64,000 nt of DNA from an uncultured Acholeplasmataceae bacterium (GTDB lineage: Bacteria; Bacillota_I; Bacilli_A; Acholeplasmatales; Acholeplasmataceae), in contig CAUTSJ010000003.1 of the NCBI GenBank assembly GCA_963541505.1, positions 590 to 64,589 of the forward strand. Direction: 5' to 3'. This document shows, one piece after another, positions 35,801-44,119 of the stretch. The notes under the pieces were generated by a model that saw only the letters and a program-made list of their open reading frames with translations, was not told the origin of the DNA and did no database searches. Position 1 is the stretch's first letter, and each line of letters starts with the position of its first letter. The position numbers and the translations under genes were made by a program.

Positions 35801-37517
35801 GCAAACCGAAGTTTCAATGAATGGAACCTATTCAGAACAAAGTGCTTATAATTTTTTAAGCAAGGTAACTAATAATATTACCTTAGTTGCGTACTTTAAA
35901 GAAACAATTCAAACAGTTCGCTATAAAGTTGTCCACAAACTAGAAAAGCAAGGGAAATACAGCTTTTTAGATGGCAAATACGATGAAGTTCCAGAAATTA
36001 TTTCAAATCAAAAAGTAGAAGATGGTGCAACTTACCGTGATTACCATGCACTTGACTCTAACTTATATGAAAAAGACACAACACACCCAGATAACGTGCT
36101 ATATGCACAACTTACAGCAGGCGACAACACAACAGAAGTTCGCCAATACTATAAGTTAAAAGAAATTAGCGTTGAATTTAAGAAAACTGAAGGTATTAAA
36201 AATTTTAAAACAGCTGAAACTATTAAAGTTAAAAAAACTAGAAGAATTACATTACCAGAATACGAACTAAAAGATAACTATAAGTTTATTGGTTGGAGTT
36301 TATCTGAAACTGGAACTACTCAAAGTGAGTTTATTGCAGGTGATAGTAATCTGCAAATATTCGCGCAGACCGATGTGCAAGAGAGAAAAATTATTTACAC
36401 TATTAGGACTCAAAAAGTAGGTGGCGAGTATGATGAAAAAACAGAAATTGTATATGGAAAAATTGGCCAAACTCACTATGCCACATATAAAAACCCAGAT
36501 GAGACGACATATAAATCACCTATATTTAGCCGAAGAAGTTTAGTTGTTAGTGTTGATGAAGAACAAAACAAAATAGTAGTTCAATTTAGTCGTATAACTC
36601 ACACTGTTGAATACAGAGTTTTTGGACATTCAAGCAATATTAACGACAAAACATTTTTGCATGGTGCTGAACACGGCGAAATTGACGAAAGCAAATTTAA
36701 AGCAGAAGAACTGTTGATTGTCAAAATTGAACTAGATGATGTTTTGAAAACCAAAGAAGAAATCAAGAGTCTAAAAGTCATAAAAAACCACCTAATAAAA
36801 CTCTACATAGATGAACCTACTAGAACTGTAGGTAAATATCCGCAAACTAAAGTTATCAATCCAAAGGGTATTCAACCTGTTAGAGAAGACGAACGTGAAC
36901 TTAAATTCAAACCAAAAAAAAGAGAATACACTATTAAATTTAAACGCTACTACTTTAAGGACTCTGAAAATAATATGTATGAAAAATTTAACGGTAAATA
37001 CTATAAAATTGAAGATGTTGTGTTTGTAAAAATTCCAAAGAGAGACACTTGGATTACTAGACGTATCCTTGATTTTTCACCATTCAACATTAATTACCGT
37101 AATTACCCTCATAACAATAGAACAAAAAACTCCATCTTTAAATCAATGGTTCAGGAGATTGGTAAAATTTTGAATGTTGACACTTTTATGCCTACCTATT
37201 ATGACGATGAATTTAGTGTTAAACCTGCCTTAGATGCTAATATGTACAAAAAATTAATGAAAGGAGCAACTGATTATGCCAGAGCTGTTAATAGGCAGTA
37301 CTCGGAAATTGTTGATAAGTATCGCGGTGTTGATTTGTCTAAATTTGGAGATTTTAATACTGATTATCCGTTTTATAGAACAGCATTTGAAGAAAACTGG
37401 TGGATTGATGCAGATAACAGCGTATATGATAGTGGTCTTGCCAGAGCAGTTATCGGTAGCTACACAAACTACGCTAGTATGTATATGGTGTTTGGTGTTG
37501 TTGTTTGCATAAGGTAG
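32868..37517 (+). CDS. Giant surface protein with multiple Listeria-Bacteroides-type repeats; start uncertain, probably continuous with 32207-32890
   Basis: 1549-aa ORF in the +1 frame relative to the upstream ORF. It has no RBS, no signal peptide, and its first internal Met is about 265 codons in. At least 6 modules end in (Y/W)x(F/Y)xGW...(L/V)xAxF/W, e.g. YTFAGWQNTETGEIVDFSKNLKVTKNLHLKAIW. These alternate with beta-rich modules starting Y-T-I-(K/R)-H-V. The C-terminal KYPQT...NWW...GVVVCIR domain resembles DUF6273-type ends. Confidence 0.8.
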   Translation: MSYLVFFKNQAQKTQVYGLAEKTIGKTKTYDPVKQGLEIKFNTPPFYISKFLGWYYIDPVGNRVDLNPGQEFQIPKWVKFELRLIARYDITTDTDKIGPELDKQGLVAVSYFDGVERVFFDIVKKGSPLKEHVYQKEGYAYVGWYKDSALTEKVDFTKELANTHTVLYLKSIKQKQPKPEKPIKYHTVNFITPHDANQLLPTKRAHGQKLETNYLTPSIVTAFDANGDLLELDYWNLVDPVTGLRTRYDFNTPITEDITLEAVMRKRVLTTTKYIIKKYFESVDQAGNFVEDKTKEEIVEGQTPGQEVELSPTQTNAPYGFALDNSSVLKKKIKKDGTTVFELKYKRNRYKVNFEVNYNGNHFKGVVASSESSQTVVHEGKLTRPTNPTITKPGYTYTFKHWQLKDEMGNVYKEVNEFDFANTKITKNTTLVAYFEEKVDRVNYTIKHVYKGFGSIQDTVETEVKQAQVGSQVTVTEADAHAKKGFEVQPINETKTINANRQTTFTLTYERKTYLVEYDYNGCTLNGESKTTQTYKFEENLKDVEHPQKTDPTQIKTYTFAGWQNTETGEIVDFSKNLKVTKNLHLKAIWTEATATRPVYLKMIWEKINEQNDTVVERQLAKQREIGDTAMFSDQDVKDILNQYLANNPLPYHQTNLDPANSTTEVRITTSLDKHYITVYFKAKTYTVEFDRTGLVPTSVSPELKQTLTLKHSQIVPSDLIAKMKSVQKQQTAASDYVFDRLVETTTGQDFNENLAYNQNIKIKPLFIEKDAQATITPKISAGDTDKADASAWRPQNGKVGTKFNFNPQQSVKKGWKFIGWAKAEGNPAETIYFERGTKEVWAVFEPAETTYTIRHVFKGIEKDNIPDEIKTTVNTAKTNSVVQLNNSHEYNGYNKNGFIAQLPPQSEIIKANGSTIFEIIYRRREFDVDFVVNYKNQFEGTVSPVPQTQKVKYEGKVEQPQVPTISRHGRTYEFIHWQTEVSMNGTYSEQSAYNFLSKVTNNITLVAYFKETIQTVRYKVVHKLEKQGKYSFLDGKYDEVPEIISNQKVEDGATYRDYHALDSNLYEKDTTHPDNVLYAQLTAGDNTTEVRQYYKLKEISVEFKKTEGIKNFKTAETIKVKKTRRITLPEYELKDNYKFIGWSLSETGTTQSEFIAGDSNLQIFAQTDVQERKIIYTIRTQKVGGEYDEKTEIVYGKIGQTHYATYKNPDETTYKSPIFSRRSLVVSVDEEQNKIVVQFSRITHTVEYRVFGHSSNINDKTFLHGAEHGEIDESKFKAEELLIVKIELDDVLKTKEEIKSLKVIKNHLIKLYIDEPTRTVGKYPQTKVINPKGIQPVREDERELKFKPKKREYTIKFKRYYFKDSENNMYEKFNGKYYKIEDVVFVKIPKRDTWITRRILDFSPFNINYRNYPHNNRTKNSIFKSMVQEIGKILNVDTFMPTYYDDEFSVKPALDANMYKKLMKGATDYARAVNRQYSEIVDKYRGVDLSKFGDFNTDYPFYRTAFEENWWIDADNSVYDSGLARAVIGSYTNYASMYMVFGVVVCIR

Positions 37518-37598
37518 TTTTGCATTTTAGCTTATTTTTCGTACAAACGCCTGCTAATTTAAATTATTTATATAGACTTTTTAGGAGATAATCCCTGA

Positions 37599-37634
37599 GA
37601 CCTTTAAGGAAATAAAAAACTTAAAGGTCTTTTT
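37599..37634 (+). terminator. Intrinsic terminator of the large surface-protein gene
   Basis: 10-bp stem GACCTTTAAG / CTTAAAGGTC, 11-nt loop, T5. Confidence 0.75.
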
Positions 37635-37810
37635 ATTTGTAATAAAGGAATAAAAGTATGGTTAAATACTTAAAAATCTAAGTGTAAAAACTTTTTAGGA
37701 CTTTCCTATTACAAAAAATGTATTATTGGTCAACTTTAAAACAGCCTGTGAATTTGCCCCAAACTTTTTTAGACAGAAACGATTCATAACCGTGTTAGCA
37801 TAGACGTATT

Positions 37811-37971
37811 CGTATTTTTATGTAAAAATACGCATAATTGCGGATAGAAAATAAATGTTGTTTTACTTTAAAAAATAGCAATATTTCGCCTAAAATGATG
37901 CATAAAATGCTTAATTTTAATTTTCTATCCGCTAAAATACGCAAAATTGCATAAAATTACGGATAGAAAAA
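37811..37971. repeat. Cluster of short direct and inverted repeats in an orphan intergenic spacer
   Basis: The palindrome CGTATTTTT-ATGT-AAAAATACG spans 37811-37832. AAAATACGCA(T/A)AATTGC occurs at 37825-37841 and 37934-37950. GCGGATAGAAAA is at 37840-37851, its complement TTTTCTATCCGC at 37921-37932, and CGGATAGAAAA again at 37960-37970. Confidence 0.85.
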
Positions 37972-38102
37972 AATCAAGGACAACTTCAGGAAAGTAAACG
38001 CTTTGCACCGAAATATTCATAAATTTTTCAGTGAAGAGGTAATTAAAATAATTTCATTAAAAGTTTTTTACTAATATCGTTTAGTAAAAATCACAAAAAA
38101 AC

Positions 38103-38118
38103 AAAAGGGCCCCCTTTT
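38103..38118 (-). terminator. Weak hairpin terminator downstream of the coiled-coil protein gene
   Basis: AAAAGG-GCCC-CCTTTT palindrome just past the stop at 38131. The stem is short. Confidence 0.35.
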
Positions 38119-38130
38119 AAAACCTAGATG

Positions 38131-41037
38131 TTAGGAAAGGGTCTTTTTTATTTTAATTATGTATTTTTTAGTGTCTTTTAATTTTTTAAAATATTTAAGT
38201 AATGCAAATTCGTTTTCTGAGTTAACTTCATTTAAATAAGCGCGTTTTTGTTGTTCAAGTTCTGTTAACTTAATTTTAAATGCATTATTTTCTTGTTTTA
38301 GTTTCTTTAAATAATTTACTTTAATTGCCTCTTTTTGTGTGCTTATTTTCATGCGTGTCTGGATTTTATTTAAAAAAACCAGTTGCTCAAGGCGTTTCTT
38401 TTCGTAAGGTTCTTGTTTTAGAGTTGCAATACTAACCTTAATTTTTTGATTTAGTGTCTTTTGTTTTTTTAAAAACTCACGAGTAATTTTGTTGCGTTGA
38501 TTTTTAGCCTTTTGCTTTTTAAAGTAAGTCAAATCTCGCTTCTCTGCTTTAATTTCTTCAAGAAACTCGTCGTGTGCAGCACTTAGCGCTAAGGTAACTT
38601 CGGTTTTTAAATTAGCAATTAAATCAAGATAGCCGTGTTGTTTTTTCACAATTTTATCGCGGTGTTCTTGAAACCATTTTTTTAAATTCTTAAACTCATC
38701 TGTAAACTTAGTCTGAAAATCGCGAACTGCTTTGGCCTGCACCGCGGTTGTGTGTATGGTTTTTCTAAAATACTGGTCACTTAAGTTTTTAAAGTGGTCA
38801 GAGAAATAAAAAGCATCAAAAAAATCACTACTCTTCATTTTTTTAAGTTCAGAAAGTCTGCTAACTATGTTTTCAGTAAAGTAAGCGGTGTTTGTCTTAA
38901 TTTTTAGTTCAGTGTTCGCCTGAACTTTTTTAATGCTTTTAAAAAACTCTTTAGTTGACTGAAAACTAATTTCGTCAACATTAGCGGTAGCCGCAATTTG
39001 CTTTAAAGTCACTTCGTATTCTTTTCGGTAAGTTTTTAGCATTGCCACGACTTTAAGTTGGTTTTGCTTGATTTCGAGCAGCCAGTTTTCAGTTTCCTGA
39101 ATTACTTTATTTAAGATTTTTTCAGCCTGCAGGTTGACAATGTCAAGGGTTCTTTTAAACTGAAAAGACAAGACAAGCGCTATAGTTTCGGCAATATAGG
39201 CATTGAACTCAAATAACTCAAAGTCAGAGATTTGTTCTTTTATAAAAAAGTCCTGTTCAATTTCGGTTATTACTGCTTTAAGCAACACAGCGATATTATA
39301 GTTGTGTTTGTTTAAAGAGTTTGCGTAATTTAAAACAAAGTCAAAATTCAGAATTTTGGACATATCGTTTTTATTAAAAATTGTAAAAAAATCTTCAACA
39401 ATTTCAATTAGTTTAACAAAGTTATTTTCGTTAGTTGAAAAAAATAACTTAGCGTTCTCAGTTTCTTTTTTTAAAAAAGAGTTTAAGAAGTACAGGTTAA
39501 AAGAAAGGTCAATTGCGTTTAGTTTTTGTAAGTGTGCTTTTTCGTTTTCACTTTTCTTTAAAATTAAGTTATTTAGTAGCGAAGAGTGGTAGTAGTTTAA
39601 GTGAGTTAGCTTAAGTTCTTTTGCTACGTTTATTTCTTGTTTAATTAAGTTTATGTCCGAAAAAGCAGAGAAAATTAAGTTTTCTTTTTCTTGATTTAAG
39701 TAATCTTGTTTGATATTTAAAACTTCTTTTAAGTGGTTAAAATTAGTTTCTTGGTTTTGTTGAATTGAGTTTTGAATAAAGTTAGCCTCGGCTATTTTAT
39801 TTTTACTTATCAAAACATTTAAGTTAAAAAACTCACGAGAAATAAACAAATACCTGTCAAAGGTATCTAGAGTTTTTTGAAAGTAAGACTTAATTTCGTC
39901 AAGATATTTGCGTTTAGTTTCAACTAGTTTTTGAATGGTAATTTTATTTTTTGAAACACTAGCGCCAAGTTTTTGTTCAATTTTTGCTTTAGTTTCTGCA
40001 GCCTGTTCTTTAATTTTAGTAATTTTTTCGTTAACTACCGCCACTTTTTGACTAAAGTTTTTTAAGTATTGTGCAATTTGTTTGTTGTAGTTGTCCTTTA
40101 TTTTAGCGACCTTCTGATTTTGTATACTTTCCGGATACTCTTTAATATAGACTGAGTTAAGGTCTTCAAAGTAAACTTTTTCAAAACTCTTTAACTCTGT
40201 TCCTTTAAGTTTGGCTAAATTATCTAACTCAGCCATATGTTTTGTAAGTTTACCCTGATACTCAAGTTCAGTCTCTTTTAAAATATTTGCGTAATTGTTT
40301 TCTATAGTTTCAATTATTTTTTGTTGTCTGACGATTTTTTCGTTAAAAAATGTGTCAATTGTCTTGATACTTTGTTCTTTTTCTTGGTTAATTTTTTTAA
40401 CTTTGGCGTTATAAAAATTAACCAACGTCTTAAACCAAATTGGGTCATCTGGTTGCTCGCTGATTGGTTCAAAGTTAGTTTTTTCACTTGTTTCTGGATA
40501 TGTTGCTTGGAGATTTTTAGACTTTGTTTCAAAGTTAGTGTTGATAAAGTTTAGACGTAATCTCAAATTTTGGTCAGCCAGTTTTGTCTGGTCTTTTGCA
40601 GACTTTAAAATAATATTTTCATCTTTCAGTTTTTTGTCAGTAAAAGAAATGATTTGTTCGTCAAACTCTAAATTATTTTTTTTGTTTTCTTCTCTTAAAA
40701 TATTTTTCTTGCTTACCATTCTAAAGTTTGCGCTGTCTACAAACTTTTCCATTTCGGTTTCATTGTTTAAAAGTTTTTGGCTAAACTCTGTTTGTTTTTC
40801 TGAAACTTCTTTAAAAATATCTTTAGTTTTTAGTTTATATTCATGAATTTTGTTGTCTATAAACAAAAAATTAGCCCGAATTTGGCTGTTTATTTTCTCT
40901 TCAAGACTACGCACTTCTTCGGTTGAAAGTGTAAGTTCTTTAATAATTTTGTCAAAAACATTTTCGTACTTTTTAAAGTCTAGAGTTGACTTAAAAATGT
41001 TTTGAAATGTTTTTATCAGGTCTTCTTTGTTTAACAT
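38131..41037 (-). CDS. Large K/E/N-rich coiled-coil protein, no signal peptide or TM segment
   Basis: 968-aa uninterrupted ORF with pervasive heptad-like low-complexity sequence. No enzymatic motif recognised. Confidence 0.75.
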   Translation of the reverse strand: MLNKEDLIKTFQNIFKSTLDFKKYENVFDKIIKELTLSTEEVRSLEEKINSQIRANFLFIDNKIHEYKLKTKDIFKEVSEKQTEFSQKLLNNETEMEKFVDSANFRMVSKKNILREENKKNNLEFDEQIISFTDKKLKDENIILKSAKDQTKLADQNLRLRLNFINTNFETKSKNLQATYPETSEKTNFEPISEQPDDPIWFKTLVNFYNAKVKKINQEKEQSIKTIDTFFNEKIVRQQKIIETIENNYANILKETELEYQGKLTKHMAELDNLAKLKGTELKSFEKVYFEDLNSVYIKEYPESIQNQKVAKIKDNYNKQIAQYLKNFSQKVAVVNEKITKIKEQAAETKAKIEQKLGASVSKNKITIQKLVETKRKYLDEIKSYFQKTLDTFDRYLFISREFFNLNVLISKNKIAEANFIQNSIQQNQETNFNHLKEVLNIKQDYLNQEKENLIFSAFSDINLIKQEINVAKELKLTHLNYYHSSLLNNLILKKSENEKAHLQKLNAIDLSFNLYFLNSFLKKETENAKLFFSTNENNFVKLIEIVEDFFTIFNKNDMSKILNFDFVLNYANSLNKHNYNIAVLLKAVITEIEQDFFIKEQISDFELFEFNAYIAETIALVLSFQFKRTLDIVNLQAEKILNKVIQETENWLLEIKQNQLKVVAMLKTYRKEYEVTLKQIAATANVDEISFQSTKEFFKSIKKVQANTELKIKTNTAYFTENIVSRLSELKKMKSSDFFDAFYFSDHFKNLSDQYFRKTIHTTAVQAKAVRDFQTKFTDEFKNLKKWFQEHRDKIVKKQHGYLDLIANLKTEVTLALSAAHDEFLEEIKAEKRDLTYFKKQKAKNQRNKITREFLKKQKTLNQKIKVSIATLKQEPYEKKRLEQLVFLNKIQTRMKISTQKEAIKVNYLKKLKQENNAFKIKLTELEQQKRAYLNEVNSENEFALLKYFKKLKDTKKYIIKIKKTLS

Positions 41038-41115
41038 ATTCCTTAGAAATTATACCACAGCAAACAGCTGAATTTTTGGCTTTATTTACGCTTTTTAGTT
41101 TAATTTGCAAATCAT

Positions 41116-41144
41116 TCGCAAATTATTTTACAAGGGTATATAAT
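41116..41144 (+). promoter_or_regulatory. Candidate promoter of the LRR lipoprotein gene
   Basis: TCGCAA, 17 nt, then TATAAT, about 20 nt upstream of the RBS GAAAGGAAC and the ATG at 41166. Confidence 0.4.
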
Positions 41145-41165
41145 TACCAGAGAAAGGAACTTGAA

Positions 41166-43052
41166 ATGAAAAAAATCTTTTCTTTTATAATCACACTTTT
41201 TTTGATTTTAACGCTATTTGGTTGCGTCGCACTACAAGAATATAGTATAAACGACTTTAATAAGCCAGGTAAGTTAGTTAAAACAGTTTACGATAAATAT
41301 GGCGAAGAAATTAAAACAAAAAACGGCAGGTTTTCAGTAAAGCGAAATGGCTTTGTTTTAAAGTATGAGAAGCTAGATAGAGAAAAAGTTAACTTTGATT
41401 ATTTTAAAACTTATCAAAAAGACTCGACACTTGAACTAAATATCACTAATTTTTCGTATCCAGGAGATTTTGTTTTTAAGTATTTAGTTAAAAAAACAGT
41501 AGATGAAAACTATAGATTAGTGTATTCAGGCACTTTAAAAACTCCAAAGAGCAATATAGTTTTGACTCACGAGTATGACCACGCTTTGGTGATTGCTGAA
41601 GTATATTCTCAAGACGGAAAGACTTTATTTTTTCAAACTTACCCAGAAATTATTACTTTTAGTAAAGAAAAAGAAAGCAACTTTTCGGTTAGAGACTTAA
41701 ACGCTGTGCAATACAATTATTTAAAAACCGGCTTTACTCAAAAAAATATACCTGTAAGTTTGCTTGCACAAAATGCTGATTTAATTTATTTTTCAGAAAC
41801 TCCTAAAACAGATAAATTTGAGATATCTGAGTTTTTAACTAAGGTAAATTATCTAAACTTAAGCGCCAGTTATTTTGATAAAAAAAATACCGCAGAAGAC
41901 TATCTATTTATTTCACAATTTGCTAATTTAAAAACATTAGTAGCGCCTAAAAATATAGGCAACACAGAACTTATAACACTACTTAAAAAACACCAAAACA
42001 TTACTGGACTGGTACTAAAAAATAACACAAAAATCACAAATCTTAGTTTACTAAATACAGTAAGTTTAGATGAACTCGAGTTGAATTACGACGGTATAAA
42101 TCCTACTGTTTCTAATTTTAATGCTTTAATGGACAGCAACTTAAAATCACTTAAAATTGAAGGTAATTTTTATTTATCTAATGTTAATTTTGGTAACAAA
42201 ATCACTAAGTTAGAACTAACTAAAGTTACTTTAAATTCACTTAACAATATCTCTAAACTAATTGATTTATCAGACCTAACGCTAAGTAAAATTAAGGGAC
42301 TAAATAACGATAATTTCGCTTTATTGGGCGATTTAAGTAAACTTAAATATCTAGAAATTACTTACTCAGATACATTATCTAATCTTTCTTTTTTAGATAA
42401 ACTAACCCACCTTTCTGAATTAAATTTAAGTAATTCAACAAACTTCGCTACTTTTGAATTTCAAAGTAATTTAAGTAAAACCACAATTAAAAAACTTAAT
42501 TTAAATAACACTAATTTCGGTAGTTTAAGTGAATACACTTACTTAAACAGAGCGCTTTCGTTTACTTTAAACAACACTCCTTTTTTAAGTAAGTATCCAG
42601 AAATTTTTGATGCAAAAGAAATTACTTATTTTGACGGCAAAAACTACATAATTGACCACGTAGACCACATTCACGCCGAGCAGTTTAGCGACCTTACTCA
42701 AGATGAGCAAAGTAAGTTTTTTAAAAAAACTAAAGAAAGTTTTTTTGGCAAAGGCGAAGTTATCGGCTTTGACAAAAAAGGTTATTTTGTTAAGGTAAAA
42801 ATACTAAATAAATCAGGCCAAATAATTGAGCAAATTTACTATTTTCTAGGTTTTCCCGATTTTGAATTTGAGTTTCCAGATTGGCGAGTTGATGAGTTTG
42901 AACCAAGTGCTGAAATTAAAGAAAGTGTTCTGAGCAGACTAATTCAAAGAAAACTTAAAAAACACCCAGAATTAAAAGTAGAAATTAACAAAATCGCGAA
43001 AAACTCAACACTAACTATTTTTGAAAAAGTTAGTCAAATCAATTTACTTTAA
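41166..43052 (+). CDS. Leucine-rich-repeat lipoprotein
   Basis: The start is taken at MKKIFSFIITLFLILTLFGC (lipobox LFGC). The central region has about 22-24-residue LRRs (..LSDLTLSKIKGLNNDNFALLGDLSKLKYLEITYSDTLSNLSFLDKLTHLSELNLSNS..). The upstream 53 codons of the ORF-track call overlap the divergent gene and lack an RBS. Confidence 0.8.
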   Translation: MKKIFSFIITLFLILTLFGCVALQEYSINDFNKPGKLVKTVYDKYGEEIKTKNGRFSVKRNGFVLKYEKLDREKVNFDYFKTYQKDSTLELNITNFSYPGDFVFKYLVKKTVDENYRLVYSGTLKTPKSNIVLTHEYDHALVIAEVYSQDGKTLFFQTYPEIITFSKEKESNFSVRDLNAVQYNYLKTGFTQKNIPVSLLAQNADLIYFSETPKTDKFEISEFLTKVNYLNLSASYFDKKNTAEDYLFISQFANLKTLVAPKNIGNTELITLLKKHQNITGLVLKNNTKITNLSLLNTVSLDELELNYDGINPTVSNFNALMDSNLKSLKIEGNFYLSNVNFGNKITKLELTKVTLNSLNNISKLIDLSDLTLSKIKGLNNDNFALLGDLSKLKYLEITYSDTLSNLSFLDKLTHLSELNLSNSTNFATFEFQSNLSKTTIKKLNLNNTNFGSLSEYTYLNRALSFTLNNTPFLSKYPEIFDAKEITYFDGKNYIIDHVDHIHAEQFSDLTQDEQSKFFKKTKESFFGKGEVIGFDKKGYFVKVKILNKSGQIIEQIYYFLGFPDFEFEFPDWRVDEFEPSAEIKESVLSRLIQRKLKKHPELKVEINKIAKNSTLTIFEKVSQINLL

Positions 43053-43081
43053 AGCACTAATTAGTTGATATAATTTTTACT

Positions 43082-44101
43082 ATGAGAGTTGACGAATTTA
43101 ATTTTAATTTAGACCCTAAAAGAATAGCGCAAACTCCTTATCAAAAAAGAGATGACGCTAAACTTTTAGTCTGCAGCAGAGAAACGGGCAGTTTAACTGA
43201 TCTTAATTTTTCAGACATTCTTAATTATTTTCAACCAGGCGATGTTCTGGTTTTAAACAACTCCAAAGTTGTGCCTTTTCGCCTACACGGCCAAAAAGAA
43301 ACTGGTGGTGCGGTAGAAGTGCTTTTACTCAAACCCACTGAAAAAAGCGTATTTGAAGCGCTTGCAAAACCACAAAAGAAATTAAAAATTGGCACTATTA
43401 TTACTTTTTCTGCGAAATTAACTGCAGAAGTTGTTGAGTTAAAAGAAGAAGGTATAACCTTGCTTAAATTAAACTACTCGGGCAATTTATTTGAGATTTT
43501 AGATGAAATCGGTGAAATGCCGCTGCCTCCATACATTAAAACTAAATGCGAAAACAAAGCAGACTACCAAACGGTATACGCAAAAATTGACGGGTCTGCC
43601 GCGGCACCTACCGCTGGCTTTCACTTTACACCAGAGTTACTTGCTGCACTTAAAAACAAAGGTGTTGAGATTGCTGAAGTTACTTTGCACGTTGGCCTTG
43701 GCACCTTTCGCCCACCTACTGTTGAAAATGTGCTTGATCATAAAATGCATAAGGAAACTTACTTTATTACTAAAGAAACCGCAGATATTTTAAACAAAGC
43801 ACTTTTAGAAAAAAGAAGAATTGTGGCTTGTGGCACTACATCTGTTCGGGTTCTTGAGTCGGCTTACCGCGAAAATGTAGGTTTCGCGGAAACTAGCGCC
43901 GAGACTGACATTTTTATCTATCCAGGCTACCGCTTTAAAGTGGTATCCGGTTTAATTACTAATTTTCATTTGCCAAAATCAACACTAATTATGCTTGTAG
44001 CTGCTTTTTGGACCAAAGCGGATACTCTTCGTGCTTATCAACACGCAATTGAAAACGACTATATGTTTTTTTCATTTGGCGATGCGATGTTTATCTACTA
44101 A
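43082..44101 (+). CDS. queA: S-adenosylmethionine:tRNA ribosyltransferase-isomerase
   Basis: 339 aa, N-terminus MRVDEFNFNLDPKRIAQTP, with PLPPYI and AAPTAGFHFT motifs. Confidence 0.93.
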   Translation: MRVDEFNFNLDPKRIAQTPYQKRDDAKLLVCSRETGSLTDLNFSDILNYFQPGDVLVLNNSKVVPFRLHGQKETGGAVEVLLLKPTEKSVFEALAKPQKKLKIGTIITFSAKLTAEVVELKEEGITLLKLNYSGNLFEILDEIGEMPLPPYIKTKCENKADYQTVYAKIDGSAAAPTAGFHFTPELLAALKNKGVEIAEVTLHVGLGTFRPPTVENVLDHKMHKETYFITKETADILNKALLEKRRIVACGTTSVRVLESAYRENVGFAETSAETDIFIYPGYRFKVVSGLITNFHLPKSTLIMLVAAFWTKADTLRAYQHAIENDYMFFSFGDAMFIY

Positions 44102-44119
44102 AAAGAAAGAACTTGTTAA

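Noticed and set aside
37840-37971. DnaA boxes / replication origin in the repeat-rich spacer
   Set aside because: The repeated CGGATAGAAAA and TTTTCTATCCG motifs share only TATCC with the TTATCCACA consensus. No dnaA/dnaN is nearby, and no AT-rich unwinding repeats of the usual type were seen.
41007-41165. 53-codon N-terminal extension of the LRR lipoprotein given in the ORF track
   Set aside because: It overlaps the start of the divergent 968-aa gene and has no RBS. The ATG at 41166 has an RBS, a promoter-like element upstream and a textbook lipoprotein signal peptide.
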